Shown: positions 1 through 13,742, counted from the first letter of the whole stretch. The stretch: 63,408 nucleotides of DNA, filler included, from Chiloscyllium plagiosum (GCF_004010195.1; 7 parts of 7 records of this genome joined end to end with filler, not necessarily neighbours in it); one strand, 5' to 3'. Program-made: numbers and translations. Notes: generated from the letters alone by a model not told the origin.

Positions 1-1607
1 AAAATGCACACTAAATCCAACAAACTCTCGAAATTTATTCAGTTTGAATCCCCATATTTTTCCTTATTCCATTGTTTGTTCCCTGCTTCGCTTACGTCAC
101 TCATTTCCTTAAGACTTATCCCACAACTTCTGTTTATCCTGTCTTGTCTGTGACAAACTCTTATCTCTGACTCCCATAAGGGTGTTTGACGTCAGTCTAC
201 TGTAGGTTATTGATTAGGCATATCTTTTCTTCTATCAGCATCTATTTCCATCCAGAGGTCACTTTGACCTCTTTGATTAGGGTTAGTTCCTGTGTCTTGA
301 GTAGGGGGAAACAGATGCTTTCCTGTTTGCCCATATATCCACCATTGTTCTGTATTCACGTCTCATGCTAACATATCCTTTCTTTTTGCTGAATATGTAT
401 TTTCTCAGTCCTATTCTGTATCAGAATTTATACTTGCAGAAATAACATTAATTCATTTATATCCCACAACAATTCGCCTAAGAGGCGAGTCCAAAACTCT
501 CGGTCGGTGCCACGTTACGGTAGAGAGTGCGGTGCTGGGAAAGCACACCAGGTCAGGCAGCATCCGAACGTCGATTCGCCTGCTCCCCGGACGCTGTGCT
601 TTTCCCAGCGCCACACTCTCGACTCTAAGCTCCAGCATCTGCAGTCCTCACTTTCGCCCACGTTGCAGTATCAGAAGAAGCCCTGGACCTAAGATTGGAA
701 GGGGGTAAGGGAGATTGGGAGGGTGGGGGTTAGGGGGGGAGGGGGGGTGGTGGGAGTGTGGGGAGGACTGAATGGATGCTGGCGAGGGTGGAGTGCGATT
801 TGCTTTGGGAGCTGATTTTGCTGAAACAGAGAGACATCTTTAACCAGAGAAAAATGCACCGGGCAGACTCCCTTCTATTCGCTGACCGTCTCCGACCAAA
901 CCAGGCGAAAGAAACATTGAGTGGATTCCTCGTGTGTGTGGTTCTAACCAATCACATGCAAGACACTGCAATGACAGGTTCCCTATTCCGACTGCCTGTC
1001 CCTCTTCCGCGGTAACGTTAGAGCCCGGGTGTCTCTGGAGAGGGAGCACGCGGTCTCCACCAACCCCCTGGAGTTGTTCAGGGAGAGGTGGGCGCCGCAG
1101 GGAGTGGAGTGCATTATTTCCCCCTCCAACTCGATTTTGATTTAACCCCTGCCCTCCCCTTTCACTGTCTGATCACACAGCGTTGCCCTTTTGATGTGAA
1201 GCGCACTGCTTGTCACTGGCCACTCGGGTGTTTCCTTTCTTCCTGGTGGTGGAAATGGAATAAAGATTTATACACCTGTCGCCTTTCACCGTGTCTCACA
1301 CCTACACACACACACACACAACAAAAGAAAAAAAAATCCCTATTGACCACCCGAACATTATGCATTGCCATGATGGGTTCCAGTACTCCTCCACAGAGGA
1401 CTTCCAATATCTTTTGCAATCAAAGAATCTCCTATTATCTGTATTGTGTAAAAATCCAACCTGAATTATTCGCCCTGCAGAGTTCTCCAAAGTTGCCTAT
1501 GACGATCTAATGGGCATTGGGAGTTGGATGGCCAGGAACTCACTGTAGCACATGATTAACCTCCCACGCCCCAGCGCGCAAGGAATTCTTAGCCCCCCAC
1601 TTGCTTT

Positions 1608-2075
1608 AGTTAAATTTCAAAAATATACTTTATTCACTAAAAATATATTTGTATATATATGCCTTGCCACAAAAACAATTCGGTTCTGTACATATCCAGT
1701 GAACAAGCGTTTGAATTTGACTCTGTTCAAACAAACCAAAGGCATCTCTCTCCCACATACAAGACAATTGTCTATGTGCACCGAGGCAGCAGGAGGGTCT
1801 GGTAACTGCACGGACCCCTGTTGAAGACAGTGGTCTTTCCCCAGCTGCGCCAAGCTTTAGTACCTCCCTCAGCACGTAGTCCTGGATCTTGGGATGCGCC
1901 AGTCTGCAACGCTCGCTCCAGGCCAACTCCAACCGCTCTGCCGCTCCCCTCAGTTTACCACCCGGAAGCACAGGGACTAGGCAGAGAAAGGGGCCGCAAC
2001 ACAGCGGGTCAGGATCCTGCATCTTTCGGCTGTCCAATACTGACGTTAGGCGAATCACTTACCTCCCCACTGTGA
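1608..2075 (-). mobile_element. Tx1/L1-clade LINE 3' fragment
   Basis: CRLAHPKIQDYVLREVLKLGAA and the 3'UTR (AATAAAGTATATTTT) are shared with the copy at 25595-26820. Confidence 0.75.
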
Positions 2076-3594
2076 GACATGTTCCTGCTCCACGCCTCTG
2101 CCTGACCCCCACACCGCAGAATCGTCCAGCCTCGCTTCTTTTACTGACACTCACAATGATAAAGAGATCTTCTGCTGTGGACCAAATGATACCCCCTCAC
2201 CCGAACCTCACCCCCTGTTTTCTACTGTCCGGTGGACAACCTCAGCTGGATCCCTGTACCACCCGGCTGTTTCTTTGCATCACGCCAGACTTTGGCTGTG
2301 TGTGTGTGTACAGCGGATGAGCATGGGTACCCTTTAAACGCTGCACTCTTCGGCAAACCCTGAACAACGCTGTTTTAACTCCGAGAACTCTGAAACAAAA
2401 CCATGGGAGATTGAGAGCAGGGTTGGTGTCAAGAGACGCAACCATTAAGTACAAACAATTTCCTTTTTTTTGTCAACGCACGCATTATATTTTATTTTTA
2501 TAGCAATGTACGGAGGGGACAGACCACAACGGGTTTGTTTTCCACGATGTGTTATTTTTAACACAGAGCTCCTAGCCTAATCTCAGAATAGAATGAAGTG
2601 GAAGAAAGCGTCTCAGTCTCAGTGTCCTCTCGTTACAGTGTCAATTTGGTTCCACTGATCACTGTCCCGTTTGATATAGGACTTTTCCAAGAAGGGCGAT
2701 AAAAGCTAATATCCGTGTTTTCCAGCTTCATCCTTCTCCCGTCACACCCCTCCCCCACGACCACACACGCAGAGACCCCCCCATACATACAAATAGACAC
2801 AAACTTACACACACACACACACACAAACACCCACACACAGGACTGAAATATTAATTCTGTTTCTCTGTCCAATGAACATACAGAACCTGCTGTGTTTCTC
2901 CAACACTTTGCACGTTCAACCACCAGAACCTGCAGTATTTTGCGTTAATATTATTGTAATGTTGAACGCAACGAAACGATACGTCGACAAGAGGTTCAAA
3001 TGGAAACTGCGGAAGCATTCAGACAAAAAATGCTCTGCACGTAAAAAATATAGAGGAACATAGAGTACAACATAATATTTCTGGAAGGCTGCAATATTCC
3101 TGTACCACAGGGAGGGGCTATCTCTTCACCTTCCAGTTTCATGGGAGCGAGACGATTTGGAGGAAAATGGTAAGTGGAGTAATGGCACCGCCAGTTGGCG
3201 GAAATAGGCAGTGTAGGGAAAAATAAAATTGGGGTGTCCCAATGACAACCACCAGATGGCGATGACGGTCCATGGAAAACATTATTTGTGCAATGTCTTC
3301 AGTCAATTTCCTCAAAAATCATTGATAGACTTTCACTCTGCGACTCATTTCAAAGACGATGTTGTTTGATTTGATGGACAATCTAGAGGCAGGATTAGCT
3401 GGCAGAGCTAAGAAGGCACAGCACCTGGGTTTAGAGGAAACACGAGAGAAGCGCATTCTCCAGGGAGTGAAACAGTGGAACCAGGTCAGATGCAGTTCCA
3501 GTGAAGGCAGCTGGAGCAGACAGAGAGAATGAGGAAACTAGAGAAGGCAGAAAAAGATAAGGTGGAGCAGAAAATAAGAAAGATCAGAGAAAGT

Positions 3595-3975
3595 TAAGGC
3601 AGATGTTTCATCCCCTGACTCCGGGACATTAGGTGCTTTGGATCCTCCTGTGAGGCGCTGCTGTGAGGTGTCTTCTGGAATTTATTTGGTTCCTTTCCTG
3701 CTGCTTCCGGTTGCTGGTTCCGGTTGTTCGTTTTAGTGGCCGGTATATTGGGTCACGGTCTGTGTGTTTGTTGATGGAGTCCGTGGATGAGTGCTTTGCT
3801 TCTAGAGATTCTCTGGCTGTACCTCTGTTTAGCTTGTCCAATGATCATTGTGCTGTCCCAGTTGAATTTGTGGTCCCTGTCATCTGTTCATATGGCCACT
3901 TGGGACAGTTGGTCATGGTGTTTTGTGGCTACTTGGTGTTCATGGATGTGGATTGCAATTGTCTGTCTCGATGGT
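3595..3975 (-). mobile_element. Penelope-like element 3' fragment (GIY-YIG C-terminus)
   Basis: ARESLEAKHSSTDSINKH..DPIYRPL, homologous to 21765-22190. Confidence 0.7.
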
Positions 3976-4417
3976 GTTTCATGCAGTCTTTGCATTTTTA
4001 CAAGATTCCTCCTTGTAAAAACTGCATGAAACATTCGAGAATTTCTACACTCATCATACGCACACACACGCCCATGCACACACACACAGACATACGCATA
4101 TTTACAACCGTAGTATTCCGTGCCTCAGAGCAAGAAATAATTCACTTAGTCACATTCGTCCACTCTGTTCCTATGGCCCTCCACATTTGCCATGCACTTT
4201 CTTTTTTTCAAAACTGCTACCGGGAACTATACAAAGCCAGGTCCAGAGGGCAACTATTAATGTTAAATTGTTAACGCCTCTTCTGCAAGAAGCTGGCGTT
4301 GTGCTGGCATTGTCATAGACTGTGCAATCCACTGAGTTCAGGATAAAGCTCTGGGATCATGGGTCAGCACCCACTAGGGCAGCTGGTAGACCTTGCACTC
4401 GCTTAGTAAATTGACTT

Positions 4418-5232
4418 AAATCACATAACACCAGGTTATAGTCCAACAGGTTTATTTGGAAGCACTAGCTTTCAGAGCGCTGCTCCTTCATCAGGTAACT
4501 ACTGGGGCAGCATCATAAGACACAGACTTTATACCAAAAGATCGCAGTGTCATGCACTTAAAATGACATTTTGAACAATCCTAGATTACTGTTCATTCTT
4601 TACCTTTTAGAACGGTTTGCAGGTCTCAGTTCATTAATATATAAGTCCCAGAACTTCTTTTAACTCACATTCTCGAGGTAACTTAAGGTTTTTTAAAAAC
4701 AGATGACAGCTCAACTCAGGCAATGTATTAAGGGTGTGAGGTTAGAGTCTATCTGTATCCCAGTCTTGAGTCAGACCGGTTCTATTTCCAAAGTAGGAAT
4801 TTATAAAATGTTATATGGATTAACTACCAGCATTGACTGCCTGCAGGTTGTGTGCTGTTGAGAAAAAATATAATTGTATCTGCAAATAAAATTCTGCAAA
4901 TGCAAATTCACCCCACTGACTTATATAATCTCTGTGGGTGTGAGAGTGTGTGTGTGAGTGCATGTGAGAGAGTGTGAATGTTGAGACCTGCAAACCGTTC
5001 TAAAAGGTAAAGAATTAACAATAATCTAGGTTTGTTCAACATATCATTTTAATTGCATGACACTGCGATCTTTTGCTATAAATTCTGTGTCATATGATCC
5101 AGCCCCACTAGTTACCTGATAACGGAGGAGCGCTCTGAAAGCTAATGCTTCCAAGTAAACCTGTTGGACTATAACATGGTGTTGTGTGATTTTCAACATT
5201 GTCCACTCCAGTCCAACACTGGCATATCCAAA
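4418..5232. mobile_element. Non-autonomous Penelope-like repeat with long inverted arms
   Basis: 4418-4630 is mirrored at 4985-5190, and the arms carry a CTGATGA..GAAA motif. The same terminal sequence recurs at 17657-17858, 32975-33100, 52105-52270 and 60199-60616. Confidence 0.65.
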
Positions 5233-7039
5233 TCAATAGTAAATAGATGTTGTAAAGATGGTTTCTTTGGAGCTGTGGAGACTTGTATTCTGTGGGAGTC
5301 AATGTAAACCAAAGATAGGTTTGTTATGAAGCTGTAGAGATGTACTGTACCTTTAAGAGAGTTGAAAAACTAGTAAGGACTAACAGAGCACAGAAAGTCC
5401 TGAACAAGGTAACAATGTAACACTTGGTCAACACAAATAGCAGTAGCTGGGTTGCCATGAAATGAAAATAAATTCAAATTTGGCCAATCAGTTTAAATTA
5501 TGCCCCGAGATACAAAAATCCAATCAAATTTTTATTAAGTATTTTGATAATATTTAAACTGTTGAAACAATCTGATGTTTAAATTAATAAAAAGAAAATG
5601 TTCTCATTGTTGAAGAAATTATTTAGTCTGAGACTTGTTTCAAGAACTTTTATTTTTCGTGAATTCAAAGAGACGCAGTGACAGTCTTCATTGTCTCACA
5701 GCACTCTCCCAAGCCGAACAGTCTGCCTATATTTATACAATAATTCAAACAACTTTACTTGTTTTTACTTAGATTAAATACGATAAATAATGACAGAGAA
5801 AAACAAAGTGGAGGTACTCCCTTTGTTCCCAAACTTGCTCAAGGACAGAGAGACTAATGAGCTTAAGATACACCCTCTATATTTCATCAAACTATAATTA
5901 CACAATCACTGTGATCTCCAGCAGTATTCTCTCATGACAGCTGCAAGCCTGAGAGCCAAGTCACCTTAAACTTTGGTCAAGTATCCCATCATGCAACAGT
6001 ATGTCAAATTCTTACTACTTCCACACTCATAGTAAAGACCTGTTTTTCTTATCGAAAAGGTCCTTTACTGTTTCTTTATTCTTTGATGTGGGCGTCTTCA
6101 TCCGCCTCTGAATTTAAAGGTTTGCTGGGCTATTTCAGAGACCAGTTAAGAATTAGAAAAATTAGAAAATGCATTTTGAGTCACAAGTAATAAAGAGAGA
6201 TGCTTTCCAGTTGGGATTTAATGATTCAAATTAAATTCCACCTGCTGCAGAACTGGGATTTAAATCCATGCCCTCTACATTGCAAATGCAACAATATAGC
6301 TATTACAGCTTATTAAGATTTATGTTCAGCCATTTAGGACTACCAAGCAGGTTCAGTTCAATCCCATGGATTTTATTGCAGTTTTCCACAGTGTGGGCCT
6401 TTGGGCAACCACCATCTCCTCAATAACAGCCTTGTCTCCTCCTGCTCACCTTCGTGCACGTTCAAATGACAAGCATTTCTTCTTCAACGATATAGGAGCT
6501 GGGAGAAAAGCTGAGTTTACTCACTTGAGAGTGAAATTATTGCCAACAGTTTCCTGAGTCCATCCATTCACACTGCAGAAATGACATTTGGAAATAGAAT
6601 AAATTAAACCAGCAGCAGCACATGAGAAGAAATTATGCTCTCTCCATGCAAGGGAGAGTCAATGTAGGGCACATTTTCTTTCCTTCTTCAATATCCTTGC
6701 GTTGTAGAGACATCGAGTACAGCAGAGGTCCTTTGGTCCATCGAATCTGCACAAATCTATCTACAATAATCAGGCTTTCCACCTCCTGGCTCATGGCTTA
6801 GAATGTTATTGCATTCCAAGAGTTCATTCACGGACCTGTTTAAAGATTGTTAACCATTTCTATTGCATTCCCGGGCAGTGTATCCCAGACACCTACCACT
6901 CTCTGGATAAAAGAAAAACGCTCATCAAATTCTCTCTAAACGTCCTGCCCTCCACCTTAAAATTACGTCCTCCTTCATTATTGATTCTCCAAATGAGAGG
7001 AACAGTTACTCCCTATCCACCCTGTCGATGTCCCTTATA

Positions 7040-8681
7040 ATTAAATGGAAGAGGGCGGCCTATGTAAAGATGAGGCATGAAGGTTCAATTGGGGCGATTG
7101 AGAGTTATAAGATAGCCAGGAAGGATCTGAAGAGAGAGCTAAGAACAGCAAGTAAGGGACATGAAAAGTCCTTAGTTGGTAGGATTAGGGAAAACCCTAA
7201 GGCTTTCTATAGGTATGTCAGGAATAAAAGAATGACTAGGGTAGGAATAGGTCCAGTCAAGGATAGTAGTGGGAAGTTGCATGTGGAGGCTGAAGAGATT
7301 GGGGAGACACTGAAAGAATACTTTTCGTCAGTATTCAATCAGGAACAGGACATTATTGTCAATGTGAATACTGAGTCACAATTAAGCAGAATGGATGGCG
7401 TTGAGGTATGTAGAGAAGAGGTGTTGGAAATCCTGGAAAAGGTGAAAATAGATAAGTCCCCTGAGCCTGATGGCATTTATCCTAGGATTCTCTGGGAAGC
7501 AAGGAAGGAGATTGCAGAGCCATTGGCCTTGAATTTTATNNNNNNNNNNNNNNNNNNNNNNNNNNNNNNNNNNNNNNNNNNNNNNNNNNNNNNNNNNNNN
7601 NNNNNNNNNNNNNNNNNNNNNNNNNNNNNNNNNNNNNNNNNNNNNNNNNNNNNNNNNNNNNNNNNNNNNNNNNNNNNNNNNNNTGGAGTGCCGTCACTAG
7701 CGGTGTTCCGCAAGGATCTGTTTTGGGACCATTGCTGTTTGTCATTTTTATAAATGACCTGGAGGAGGGGTTAGAAGGTTGAGTGAGCAAGTTTGCGGAT
7801 GATATGAAAGTCGGTGGAGTTGTTGACAGTGATGAAGGATATGTCAGGTTACAGCGGGATATAGATAAGCTGCAGAGCTGGGCAGAAAGGTGGTAAATGG
7901 AGTTCAATGTAGGTAAGTGTGAAGTGATTCACTTTGGTAAGAGTAACAAGAAGGTGGGGTACTGGGCTAATGGTCGGATACTTGGTAGTGTGGATGAGCA
8001 GGGGGATCTTGGTGTCCATGTACACAGATCTCTGAAAGTTGCCACCCAGGTAAATAGTGCAGTGAAGAAGGCATATGGCGTACTGGCTTTTATTGGTAGA
8101 GGAATCGAGTTTCGGAGTCCTGAGGTCATGTTGCAGTTGTATAAAACTCTGGTGCGGCGCATCTGGAGTATTGTGTGCAGTTTTGGTCGCCATACTATAG
8201 GAAGGATGTGGAGGCACTGGAACGGGTGCAGAGGAGGTTTGCCAGGATGTTGCCTGGTATGGTAGGAAGATCGTATGAGGAAAGGCTGAGGTACTTGGGG
8301 CTGTTTTCATTGGCGAAAAGAAGGTTTAGGGGTGACTTGATAGAGGTGTACAAGATGATTAGGAGTTTAGATAGGGTTGACTATAAGAATCTTTTTCCAC
8401 GTATGAAGTCAGCTATTACGAGGGGGCATAGCTTTAAATTAAGGGGTGGTAGATATAGGACAGATGTTAGGGGTAGATTCTCTACTCAGCGAGTCGTGAG
8501 TTCATGGAATGCTCTGCCAGTAGCAGTGGTGGACTTTCCCTCTTTATTGGCATTTAAACGGGCATTGGATAGGCATATGGAGGATAGTGGGCTAGTGTAG
8601 GTTAGGTGGGCTTGGATCGGCAAAACATCGAGGGCCAAAGGGCCTGTACTGCGTTGTATTTGTCTATGTTCTATGTTCTAT
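7040..8681 (+). mobile_element. CR1 LINE, degenerate ORF2 (RT) with (TTCTATG)n tail
   Basis: [42 protein letters not shown] and LERVQRRF motifs, with stops and frameshifts. Confidence 0.9.
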
Positions 8682-8774
8682 AATCTCATACACCAATCAG
8701 ATGCACCTTCAGGCTCTTCCGCTGTATAAAATGGGGTAATACAACGAACATCAATTGTAATTTACTATAATTAT

Positions 8775-9336
8775 ATTTATAAACCTCTGTAAGGTCACCC
8801 CTGAGCCTCCGACGCTCCAGGGAAAACAGCCCTACCCTATTCAACCTCTCCCTGTAGCTCAACTCCTCCAACCCTGCCAACATCCTTCTAAATCTTTTCT
8901 GAACCTTTTCAAGTTTCACAATTTATTTCCGATAGGAAAGAGACCAGAACTGCAATATTCCAAAAGTGATTTAACCAATGTCCTGTACAGACGCAACATG
9001 ACCTCCCAACTCCTGTAGTCAATACACTGACCAATAAAGGAAAGCATAGCAAATGCCTTCTTCACTATCCTATCTACCTGCGACTCCACTTCCAAAGAGC
9101 TATGAACCTGTACTCCAAGGTCACTTTGTTCAGCAATACTCCCCAGGACTTTACCATTAAGTGTAAAAGTCATGCTCTGATTTGCTATTCCAAAATGCAG
9201 CTCCTCACATTTATCTGAATTAAACTCCATCTGCCACTCCTGAGTCAATTGGCCTATCTGATCAAATTCCCCTTGTACTCTGAGGTAACCTTCTTCGCTG
9301 TCCACTACACCTCCAATTATGGTGTCATCTGCAAAC
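8775..9336 (-). mobile_element. CR1 LINE fragment
   Basis: WQMEFNSDKCEELHFG..DLGVQVHSSL..LEKVQKRF..RRLRGDLTEVYK. Confidence 0.88.
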
Positions 9337-9794
9337 TGAGTTGCTTTGGTCCCCTTATCTAGGAACCCATATCTTAATGTTGGAAGCAGTACACAGATGA
9401 TTCACAAGTTGATCACTGGTATGGTGCGATTGTCTTATCAGGAGAAGATTGAGTCAATTGGGCCTGTACTCATTGGAATTTAAAAGGTTGAATGGTGACC
9501 TTATTAAAACATATAAGATTCAATGAGGGGTACATTCATAGAGGATGTTTCCTCTTGTGACAGTGTGTACTCCCTGAGGGCATAATTGCAGAGTTATGAG
9601 GTTGAGGCATAGAATTGGAGTTGAGGATTATCAGGTTACCCATTTCTTCTCTGTCTTGTGGTATTATGTCATGTGACATAAAGTAAAAAATTACAATTGA
9701 TAAGGGATTAAGGTTTTTATTTGGGGGGTGGGCGCTGTCAGTATGGGTAGGTATTTGTGTTTATAACTTCAATGTTTGGTTGTCGTTGTTTATC

Positions 9795-10080
9795 ACGGTG
9801 GCTGAGTGGTTAGCACTGCTGCCTCACAGCGCCCAGGACCTGGGTTTGATTCCTGCCTCAGGCGACTGCGTGGAATTTGAATGTTTGCTCCGGTTTCCTC
9901 TCACAATCCAAAGATGTGCCGGCCAGCTGAATTGGTCATGCTAACTGCCCTTAGTGTTAGGTGCATTGGTCAGTGGTTAAATATAAGGTGGGGGAATGTG
10001 TCTGGGTGGGTTACTCTTCAGAGGGCTGTGTGGTCTTGTTGGGTCGAAGGGCCTGTTTCCATACTGTAGGGGATCTAATC
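9795..10080 (+). mobile_element. tRNA-derived SINE (HE1/V-SINE type)
   Basis: A box TGGCTGAGTGG, B-box-like GGTTTGATTCC and a CR1-like 3' tail (GAAGGGCCTGTTTCC). Confidence 0.75.
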
Positions 10081-11199
10081 TTCCAAGTTTTGTAGACCTT
10101 TTGCAACGTCTAGTATTAATTATCAGGTATTTTCAGAAAGCAATTTAAATAAACAAGCCTTAAGGGTGAACAAATTTCTACATGGATACTTAAAGACAAC
10201 TGCCTTGAACAGCCATGGTTGAATGTCCTGCTAACTGATTCCTGAACCTGCTGGTGCGAGTTGGAATCTGGCATGTTCTTTCGGCATCTCTCTAGAGGTA
10301 GGATGATTGCATTCACCTTATACTCACAAGGCAGAGATTAACTCAAAAATATTCCTTACTATGTTGAAACAACTAGCCTCTTTGTAAATGCTTCAGTGCA
10401 TTACTGAAAGGACTGAGAGTCCAGTTAAGTATAAAGCCAGATCAGACCTTGTCTCAAAATGTTCCCTCTGACCAGGAACAGGCAGTTTGTCCTTTTAAAC
10501 TCCAAAGGTCTTTTATGCAGAGATATCGCATGTCTTGGACGTCAATGGCTGTGTGTGTATCACCGAAACAGAGCATTTTGCACGCATTTGCACCTTTAAG
10601 AAAAAGCTACAGTTTGCAGTTGAGTGCGGTTTTTGTTGTTAAAATACACAATTGACGACTCTCACGTGCCTGGTTGAAAGTGAGATATAAATACCTCCAC
10701 AAAAATAAACTCCTGTCTGAATCCGACCTGCACACCACTGAAGTCTTACAGTAGTTTTCGCATTGAGGACACGCCACAAAACTGATCAAATGTCATCTGA
10801 AAGAAATATCGCCTTCTGTGGCTATGTTTTACTGTAACACAATTTACAGTAAAGGTGCTATGTGCATTTAAACTGTTGTTAAAGTCTAAAATGACAAAAG
10901 TATAATCATTTCAATACGATTTCTTCAGGTGTCTGCCCAAATTGCTTCAGATAAATGAAACAAAAGAAGTTTCACAAAACTTGGAACATTTTTGCACAAA
11001 GGACGTCAAGGAGTGGCACCTGCAGTTTCACATCTCGGAAATATTTCTGTCAGTTCCTTAAAGAGACAGCTATGCAGTGTTGTGCTTGCAAAAATGGGAA
11101 AAAGAGGCATATTGTTTCCCATATTACTTCTCCTTTTTCGGGTTTCTCCCTTTAATCAACCATAATCCTAACCCTACCCAACCCCATGTAGGAAAACAT

Positions 11200-12200
11200 A
11201 CTTTACGACATAGAGTTGTAGAGATCTACAGCACAACGGTCCCTTCAGCCCATTGAATCGGTGCTGATCAAAAACAACCACAAAACTATTCTATTGTATT
11301 TTCCAGCATTTGGTTCATATCCTTGCATGCCTCGGCATTGCAAATCTACACCTAACTGCGTCTTAAATAGAATAAGGGGTTCTGCCTCCACCATCCTTAC
11401 AGGCAGCGAGTTTGAGATTCGCACTGAGTGAAAATAAATTTCCTCACATCATCTCTGTACCTCCTACTCCTTACATCTCTCTCTCTCTCTCGCTCTCTCT
11501 CTTTCACACACTCACACAGAGTTGATATTCAAATCAGTCATGCACCATGTCCCACGTCCCCCAAGTTATTTTACTGTAAGGAAAACAACCATAGTTTGTC
11601 CAACCTTTCTGCATAACTGGCATTCTCCAGCCCGGAGTAATTCCACTCTGCACCACTCCATTGTAATCACATTCCTCCGATAATATAGATTGCAGGACTG
11701 CACACAGTACTGTAGGTGTACCCATTTTATACAGTTTCAGCATAATCTCCTTGCTCTTAAACTCTGTATCTTGGCTAATAAAGGAAAGCATCCCATATGC
11801 CTTCTTAACCCCTTTAACTACCTGACGCACGCTCTTAAGGGGTCAGTGTACATGCACCCCACTCTTAATATTCGGTGCTTCCACGGTTCTGCAATTGTTC
11901 GTGTATTCCCTTGTCTGTTTGTCCTGCCCAAGTGCATCAGCTCAGACTTATCTGGATTGAATTCCATTTTCCCACTGGTTAGTCCATCTGGCCAGTCTAT
12001 CATTATCTTCCTGTAATCTCAGGTGGTCCCCTTCACGGTTCAGCAGCCCCATAACCTTTCGTGTCACCTGCAAACAACCCTCCTACATTCAAGTCTAAAT
12101 CATTTATATATACCTTAAACAGTAAGGGCCCCCAAAACTGGTTATTGCAGAGCCCCACTTGACCCAGATTTCCAATCACAAACAGTCAATCATTACCTTC
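11200..12200 (-). mobile_element. Degenerate CR1 LINE fragment
   Basis: MEFNPDKSELMHLGR and VKKAYGMLSFISQDTEFKSKEIMLKLYK. Confidence 0.8.
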
Positions 12201-12722
12201 TGCTTCCTGTCACTCAGCCAATTCTGGATCCAGATTCTAGATTAGAGTGGTGGTGGAAAAGCATCTGATTCCTGATGAAGGGTTTTTGCCCGAAATGTCG
12301 ATTTTCCCACTCCTCGGGTGCTGCCTGACCTGCTGTACTTTTCCAGCACCACTCTAGTCTAGACTCTGGTTTCCAGCATCTGCAGTCCTCATTTTTGCCC
12401 AATTCTGGATCCAATTAGCCAATTTCCTTGGATCCCATGTTATCTTCGCTACCAGTCTCCCAGGGGGGACCTTATCAAAAGCCATGCGGTAGTCTATATG
12501 CAATCATCTATACACGTTTTCAAAAAATTCAATCAAGTTAGTCATGCATGACTTTCCCTTAGTAATCCGTGCCTCTCCAGAAGGAAATTAATTATGTCCC
12601 TCGCAATTACTTCTAATGGCTTCCCCAACATTGAGGTGAGACCACTGGTCTGCAGTTTCCAGACTTATCCCAGGTTGGATGGTAGACATTACACAGTGAT
12701 TGTCGTTGAGTGGCAGGAGATT

Positions 12723-13359
12723 TGTGAGGATGGAGCTAAACAGACGAGTGTGGATTTCCACGTAAGAAGACGCCATAAGCAGGAGTAGTTTACAATCAGA
12801 GGCGAGTCTCCTGGACTTCCTATTCTTTGTTTTAGATTGCCTGCAACAGCAAGTTCTCCTGATCTTTGGGAAATATAACTGAATTTCCATACTTTCACCT
12901 GGCGGGACGATTAATTTCCAGTCTCACAATCTGGGTGCTGTTTGATAAGTCATTATTTCAGAGTGGTTTGCAAAGCAATCGCGTTGCAAGCACTGAGGTC
13001 CCATTATCGCATGATTGTCACGACCTGAGTTTCCTTAAAAACTACAATGCAGGAACTGCCAAAGACGAATGTGTGAAAACCCCAAATTCAGTGGAAGCAG
13101 GCTGAGAAAAATACGCTTTGAGTAACTGTTTCCATTGCGTCACATGGAGGTAAAAGATAGGTTTAAAAGTGTTGTAAATAGTTGTTGGTTTTAATACTCT
13201 CTGTTAGACTTAAAGAATAATGTTGTTCAATTTTACATTACATAGTAACCTCTTGGATAGTTCTTTGCCTCTTGAATTTTAACAGATTACAGCACAGGGT
13301 GAATCTTTTCTGTGTTGCTGGTTTAAATTCGCAGAGGGTTTTACCCCCGTGTCATAACA
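12723..13359 (+). mobile_element. Solo LTR-like element
   Basis: Begins TGTGAGGA and ends TCATAACA, about 640 bp; flanks GATT/GTTT resemble a decayed 4-bp TSD. Confidence 0.4.
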
Positions 13360-13699
13360 GTTTCATGATATCTGATTGAACATGATGTCACTTAATGCGT
13401 TGAAAAATTGAAAGGTTCATCAGTTGTCCTTAAAGTTCCACCTTTTTCACTGATGTCTTTTAGGGCAGGATATCCTCATCCTTACCCAGTCTGACTTTAG
13501 ATGCACACGAATGTGTGAAACCCCCAAAGCCAGTGGAAACAGACTGATACCTCTCCGTACCAGAGGTGAGAAAAATAAGCTTTGAGTAACCGTTTCCATT
13601 GCGTCACATGCTGTCAGTGTTATGTTGCGTTGTAACGCCCACTTGCCTGTATAGTGGGCAATCTGGATGTATTTCCACCCTATTTGCAGAGCATCAAGA

Positions 13700-13742
13700 A
13701 TGGTTTCCAGTGCAGTGTTCTGTATCCTGAGTCTTGGCTTTG
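13700..13742 (+). CDS. Leader (signal peptide) exon of the NKp30-like receptor
   Basis: ATG at 13700 reads MVSSAVFCILSLGF and ends at a phase-1 donor G|GTAAGA. An upstream acceptor-like TTGCAG at 13684-13689 suggests a 5'UTR exon. Confidence 0.75.

Noticed and set aside
3663-4274. 203-aa plus-strand ORF
   Set aside because: Antisense to a Penelope-like fragment and running through a CA repeat; no protein features.
9795-9860. tRNA gene (also 33530-33600 and 42959-43030)
   Set aside because: The A/B boxes continue into a SINE body and a CR1-like tail.
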